This document shows positions 61,067-64,000 of a DNA stretch of 64,000 nt, one piece after another. The stretch spans positions 4,749-68,748 of the forward strand of contig JAQGDQ010000146.1 of NCBI GenBank assembly GCA_030141605.1. The letters are read 5' to 3'. Made by a program: the position numbers and the translations under genes. This stretch comes from Tubiluchus corallicola. Lineage: Eukaryota > Animalia > Priapulida. The notes under the pieces are model-generated. The model did no database searches. It had not been told where the DNA came from and saw only the letters and a program-made list of their open reading frames with translations. How positions within the stretch are numbered: the stretch's first letter is position 1; each line of letters begins with the position of its first letter.

Positions 61067-61870
61067 AGCCACTATGTTGGTAGCAGAAGGAGTAGCAATA
61101 ATGCAGCTGCAGAACCAAATATCATTCCCCCAACCAACAACGACCAAAACTCCCTCCATCACGGATGCTGCAGACACTATAATTGAGCTAGTTCATAGTA
61201 GAGAACATGCAGAGTTCCAAATGAAAAGAGAAGAGCAAAAATATGCATTAAGCCAGTATTAGAAGAATTTAGTTAAAATATTATAATCATATAAAGAGTT
61301 AAGATGAGATGATCGTGTTCAGGCTGATGAGGAAGAGCTGTCTTCTCTAGGTTGAATTTAACATGTCTGCTAGTCCGGATGTTTGTATTGGTTTCTACAC
61401 ATGTCGCATTCTACGGAAAGGTTCGTTTAAAAGAGGGTTTGTCTATTGTTAGGTATTCCAAAAGTTCGTGAATTAGTCAGTTACCAAGTGCTTGGTCGAT
61501 CTTTTTAACAAGGCCACTCGTCCAGTTGACCCTGGCTAGTCGAAAGATGTTTGTATTGCTAATGAATAAACAAATGAATGGAAAGAAAAAACAAAAAATA
61601 AATAAACGAATGAATAAACAAATGAACAAACGAACGCAGGAGTGAACAAACAAACAAACATACGAAAACAACAAACATACATACAAAAAACAAACAAACA
61701 AACAAGTAAACAAAGAAAGAAACAAGCAAGCAAGCAAACAAACAAGCAAGCATGCATACGAACATACAAAAGACAAACGTTTTCTCTGCCACAGAGGAAT
61801 GTACACTGTTTGGCACAAATAAAAAATCTGAACACAAACCAGATGATAACAGACACGAAGAGGTCGTTAG

Positions 61871-61873
<3 letters not shown>

Positions 61874-61932
<59 letters not shown>
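61874..61932. repeat. (GA)n microsatellite
   Basis: Direct reading. Confidence 0.95.
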
Positions 61933-61935
<3 letters not shown>

Positions 61936-62144
61936 CTGGAATTCGATAAAAATATAATTTACATTGTATACTGCACATATTTGGAACACCTATGTGGCGT
62001 TTCCATAGCTTCAAAACAACATATATTCACAATGGGGAACAATAAAAAATGCGGTGCCACAAGGCACAGTTCTCGGTCCGCTGTTATTTATTATTTATGT
62101 AAGCAATATTCAAACATTCTAAAAAAACTGCAGCATGACGCAAT

Positions 62145-62920
62145 GCACAGATGATACCAATCTATCTGCAAATAACACAGACCCACATCCTGTACACACA
62201 CTAAAACAAAACACAGAAGAAATGAAATGCATTCTGCACTTCCGTTTCATACAAATGATCCCCGAAAAACAGTTTTTCTAATGCAAAGCCCAAAATGAAG
62301 CATACAAAAGGGATAGCTTAACACCTAACGTGCTTAATCAAACATTTTGTAAATCTAAAGAAGCCAAATGAATAATAAATTAAAATGGGCCAACCAAGTT
62401 AATAGCACTGTACAAAAAATGGGACAAGGTATTTCGTTTCTCAAACAACAATAAGGCCAACTGAGTATAAAAAATATTATTAATCTACAAAACCATGGTC
62501 CTTCCTCGTTTAACTTACGGTTGTCACCTACTAATCAATCTACCAAGAAATTTTTAAACAAACTGGACCTCATGCAAAATAATGCTTTAAAATATATACT
62601 TGTTTACCAAATTCAGCAACGGCAAACAGGAAAAGCTAAACGTTTCTACCACACAATGCCATACCTTTACGTTCATCTACAAATATAAGCAAATCATTTG
62701 AAAATGATTATATACATTTTATAGAAGCTGAATGCGTAAAAAAGAGAACTCTTAACATAAAGCAAATTCAGACAAACACAAAACAAGGTCATAACCGAAT
62801 ATGAAAAGCAACAATTAATGTCTGGAATTCAGCACCTGAAGAAATAAAATCTTCAACGAGTTTAAGAGATCTCAAAAAGAAATTAAAGAACACACTACTC
62901 AAAAATTATGAGAGGTCACC
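62145..62920 (+). mobile_element. Degraded L2/Crack-like LINE RT 3' remnant
   Basis: DDTNL, YKTMVLPRLTYGC and VWNSAPEEIKSSTSLRDLKKKLK fragments. Confidence 0.7.
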
Positions 62921-63796
62921 TTACAAAAATAATAAAATAGCTATGATTATGTCTATATATTACCAGCAGTATAATGAAAGTTCCATAAAATAATCGAAAT
63001 GAAAAACGCTCAATGTAAAAATACATATGTTAACGTCATTTTTAAATGTTTTGTGCGCATGCGTTGTCGATGTGAATTTGTGAAGTTATATTTTGTAATT
63101 CAATTTTAATTTTACGCTATGTAAATATGTAAATTTTACCTCTTTTATTTACTTATTGAAAAAAATGATTTTTTTAAAAATTTTTTAGTTTAACGCTATT
63201 ACCTACAACAGTCTTTGACTGTTTATACATTTTATAATTGCGTGTATTTTATGATACCTGTAAATGTGCATAACGTACGCAAAATTATATATACATTGAT
63301 CTTTGATCTTTAACATTTAACATGTCCCACCCAAGAGCTTGGTGTTTGTTTGGTTTATTTTAGTCAAACTATCACATAAGACAACGTTCCTGTAGTTTTG
63401 TTTTGACTCAACAGTCGCACAGAGAACAATAATGTAAGTAAGTGAGCGAGCGAGTGAGTGAGTGAGTAAGTAAGTAAGTAAGTTTATTAGTTTATCACCA
63501 TTTTTAAAATAGCAAAATACATAACTAAGAGAATTATAAATCTGTACAACATACAATAATATTACAAAGTGCAAAAGTAATCATTGATTAGTGGTGAAAG
63601 GGTGGCGAAAGAACTATAAGTTATCGAGGTCAGCCACCCTCTCAGAATTGTTACTAATATAATTAATTAGTTAATGCGCATGTACCAGGTAATTAAAAAT
63701 TATCACATTTTGCATGATAAATTAACGACGATGCTAAAGAAACCGACGTGTTATGAGCAGCAGCTAAAATGACAATAGACACGAAGAGGTCGTTAG

Positions 63797-63799
<3 letters not shown>

Positions 63800-63880
<81 letters not shown>

Positions 63881-63911
63881 AGGAGTGAGAGAAAGAGAGA
63901 GAGACAGGGAA

Positions 63912-63977
<66 letters not shown>

Positions 63978-64000
63978 AAGAGAGAGAGAGAGAGAGAGAC
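63800..64000. repeat. (GA)n microsatellite running to the window end
   Basis: Direct reading. Confidence 0.95.

Noticed and set aside
60192-62154. ER/SL/CLFV-rich ORFs
   Set aside because: Translations of (GA)n, (CT)n and AAAC-rich simple repeats

Overview
This is AT-rich animal (invertebrate-like) genomic DNA with GT-AG introns. Left half: the 3' 17 exons of a two-pore channel TPC1 gene on the minus strand (23320->2495, reading frame continuous across all junctions). Its introns carry three antisense genes with intronless coding regions: two tandem ATD-less ionotropic glutamate receptor/IR-like genes and a 5xCUB+LDLa-like (LEV-10/Neto/SOL-1-type) gene, plus several MITEs and a LINE remnant. 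Middle: a young BEL/Pao LTR retrotransposon (28493-36064) whose target-site duplications do not match. The TPC1 5' half is missing beyond it, and a signal peptide-EGF-collagen gene ends abruptly on the other side, suggesting a rearrangement or a chimeric assembly join. Right half: repeat-rich (mini/microsatellites, CR1/L2-type LINE debris, a gypsy gag remnant), with a frameshifted exon resembling the invertebrate MACPF-accessory repeat, a GT10 fucosyltransferase and two tandem intronless rhodopsin-type GPCRs with a minimal ECL2. All calls come from reading the sequence and recalled family motifs; no database searches were run.
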